From: a virus
Lineage: Duplodnaviria; Caudoviricetes
Virus record (IMG/VR): IMGVR_UViG_3300000928_002271
Location: 1-58,750 of that record
DNA: 58,750 nt
Reading direction: 5' to 3' (one strand)
Shown: positions 57,782-58,750 of the stretch, one piece after another
Numbering within the stretch: the first letter of the stretch is position 1
Layout: every line of letters begins with the position of its first letter
Translations under genes and position numbers: made by a program
The notes under the pieces: model-generated
What the model saw: the letters and a program-made list of their open reading frames with translations, nothing else
Told to the model about the DNA's origin: nothing
The model's database searches: none

Positions 57782-58750
57782 TTAGTTTACTGTGGTTAAA
57801 ACACCGTTATTAAAGAATAATACAGGTCCTTCACCTACGTTAGTTGTTATACCAGCAGGAGCTGCATTTCCTTTTGGACCGATAGGACCGATTGAACCTC
57901 TAGGACCAATAGGACCTTGTGGACCGATTGGAGATGAACCACCTGGGCCTATATTACCTTGTGGGCCGATAGGACCTTGTTGTCCATTGTTACCAACAGC
58001 ACCTACAGGACCGATTGGACCGATAGGACCGATTGGTGAACTACCTCCTGGACCTTGTGGTCCGATAGGACCGATTGGAGATGAACCACCAGGACCGATT
58101 GAACCTTTAGGACCGATAGGACCGATTGGAGATGTACCTGCTGTTCCTTTTGGACCAATTGAGCCGATAGGACCTTGGGGAGATATAGGACCGATTGGAG
58201 ATGAACCTGCTGTTCCTTTTGGACCAATTGAGCCGATAGGACCAATTGGAGATGAACCTGCTGTTCCTTTAGGACCAATATTACCCTGAGGACCGATTGG
58301 AGATGAACCACCAGGACCAATTGGACCTTGTGGTCCGATAGGACCAATTGGGGAATTACCTTGTGGACCAATAGGACCAATTGCACCTTGGGGACCAATT
58401 GGTGAGCTACCTGCTGTTCCTTTTGGACCGATAGGACCAATAGGACCGATTGGTGAACTACCTCCTGGACCTTGTGGTCCGATAGGACCGATTGGAGATG
58501 AACCTGCTGTTCCTTTAGGACCAATATTACCAATAGGACCGATTGGAGATGAACCTGCTGTTCCTTTTGGACCGATAGGACCTTGTGGACCGATTGGAGA
58601 TGAACCTGTTGTTCCTTTTGGACCAATAGGACCGATTGGAGAGGAACCTTGAGTACCTTTTGGACCGATAGGACCAATAGGACCGATTGGAGAGGAACCT
58701 TGAGTACCTTTTGGACCGATAGAACCAATAGGACCGATTGGAGATGAACC
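57782..58750 (-). CDS. Collagen-like fibre protein 2, 5'-truncated by the window
   Basis: Not in the ORF track. Minus frame from 58750 reads [23 protein letters not shown]...GPKGNAAPAGITTNVGEGPVLFFNNGVLTTVN, stop TAA at 57782..57784. Confidence 0.88.
   Translation of the reverse strand, partial: GSSPIGPIGSIGPKGTQGSSPIGPIGPIGPKGTQGSSPIGPIGPKGTTGSSPIGPQGPIGPKGTAGSSPIGPIGNIGPKGTAGSSPIGPIGPQGPGGSSPIGPIGPIGPKGTAGSSPIGPQGAIGPIGPQGNSPIGPIGPQGPIGPGGSSPIGPQGNIGPKGTAGSSPIGPIGSIGPKGTAGSSPIGPISPQGPIGSIGPKGTAGTSPIGPIGPKGSIGPGGSSPIGPIGPQGPGGSSPIGPIGPIGPVGAVGNNGQQGPIGPQGNIGPGGSSPIGPQGPIGPRGSIGPIGPKGNAAPAGITTNVGEGPVLFFNNGVLTTVN

Noticed and set aside
54062-58728. Many plus-strand and alternate-frame ORFs over the collagen genes (e.g. 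54486..55217, 56295..56936, 57792..58289, 58003..58728)
   Set aside because: They are shadows of Gly-Pro-rich repeats: antisense of GGW-CCW codons also reads Gly/Pro and lacks stops. The coherent genes are the minus-strand frames.
54080-58750. Repeat region as a CRISPR array or non-coding satellite
   Set aside because: No constant repeat with unique spacers; variation is synonymous and in frame.

Overview
This window is an AT-rich, gene-dense segment of a large contractile-tailed (T4-like/jumbo myovirus-type) phage genome, with essentially every real gene on the minus strand. The host is very likely Bacteroidota. Supporting signs are TTG-N20-TATATTYA promoters resembling the Bacteroidota -33/-7 consensus, a T9SS-type C-terminal-domain protein, a DUF4494-like protein and signal peptides followed by Gln. 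From low to high coordinates the window holds: two genes sharing an N-terminal leader; GroEL/GroES/Hsp20; a sliding clamp and a split family-B DNA polymerase; a 7-deazaguanine cluster (folE, queD, queE, queC, a TGT/DpdA-like gene) mixed with HPRT, a MazG-like enzyme, a nuclease and a sulfotransferase; thyX and cysK; a lysis cassette; nrdA/nrdB interrupted by a T9SS-cargo-like gene; helicase, 5'-3' exonuclease, UvsX and SSB; a carbamoyltransferase; a divergent PolA-like gene; and baseplate, tape-measure, tube and sheath genes. The most striking part is 47105-58750, where two long collagen-like fibre genes sit directly upstream of five modifying enzymes. These include a GT4 + COLGALT-like GT25 + PLOD-like lysyl-hydroxylase fusion and a GT4 + Aah/TibC-like protein O-heptosyltransferase fusion, which together suggest a phage-encoded collagen hydroxylation/glycosylation system. 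All calls come from reading motifs by eye; no database search was run.
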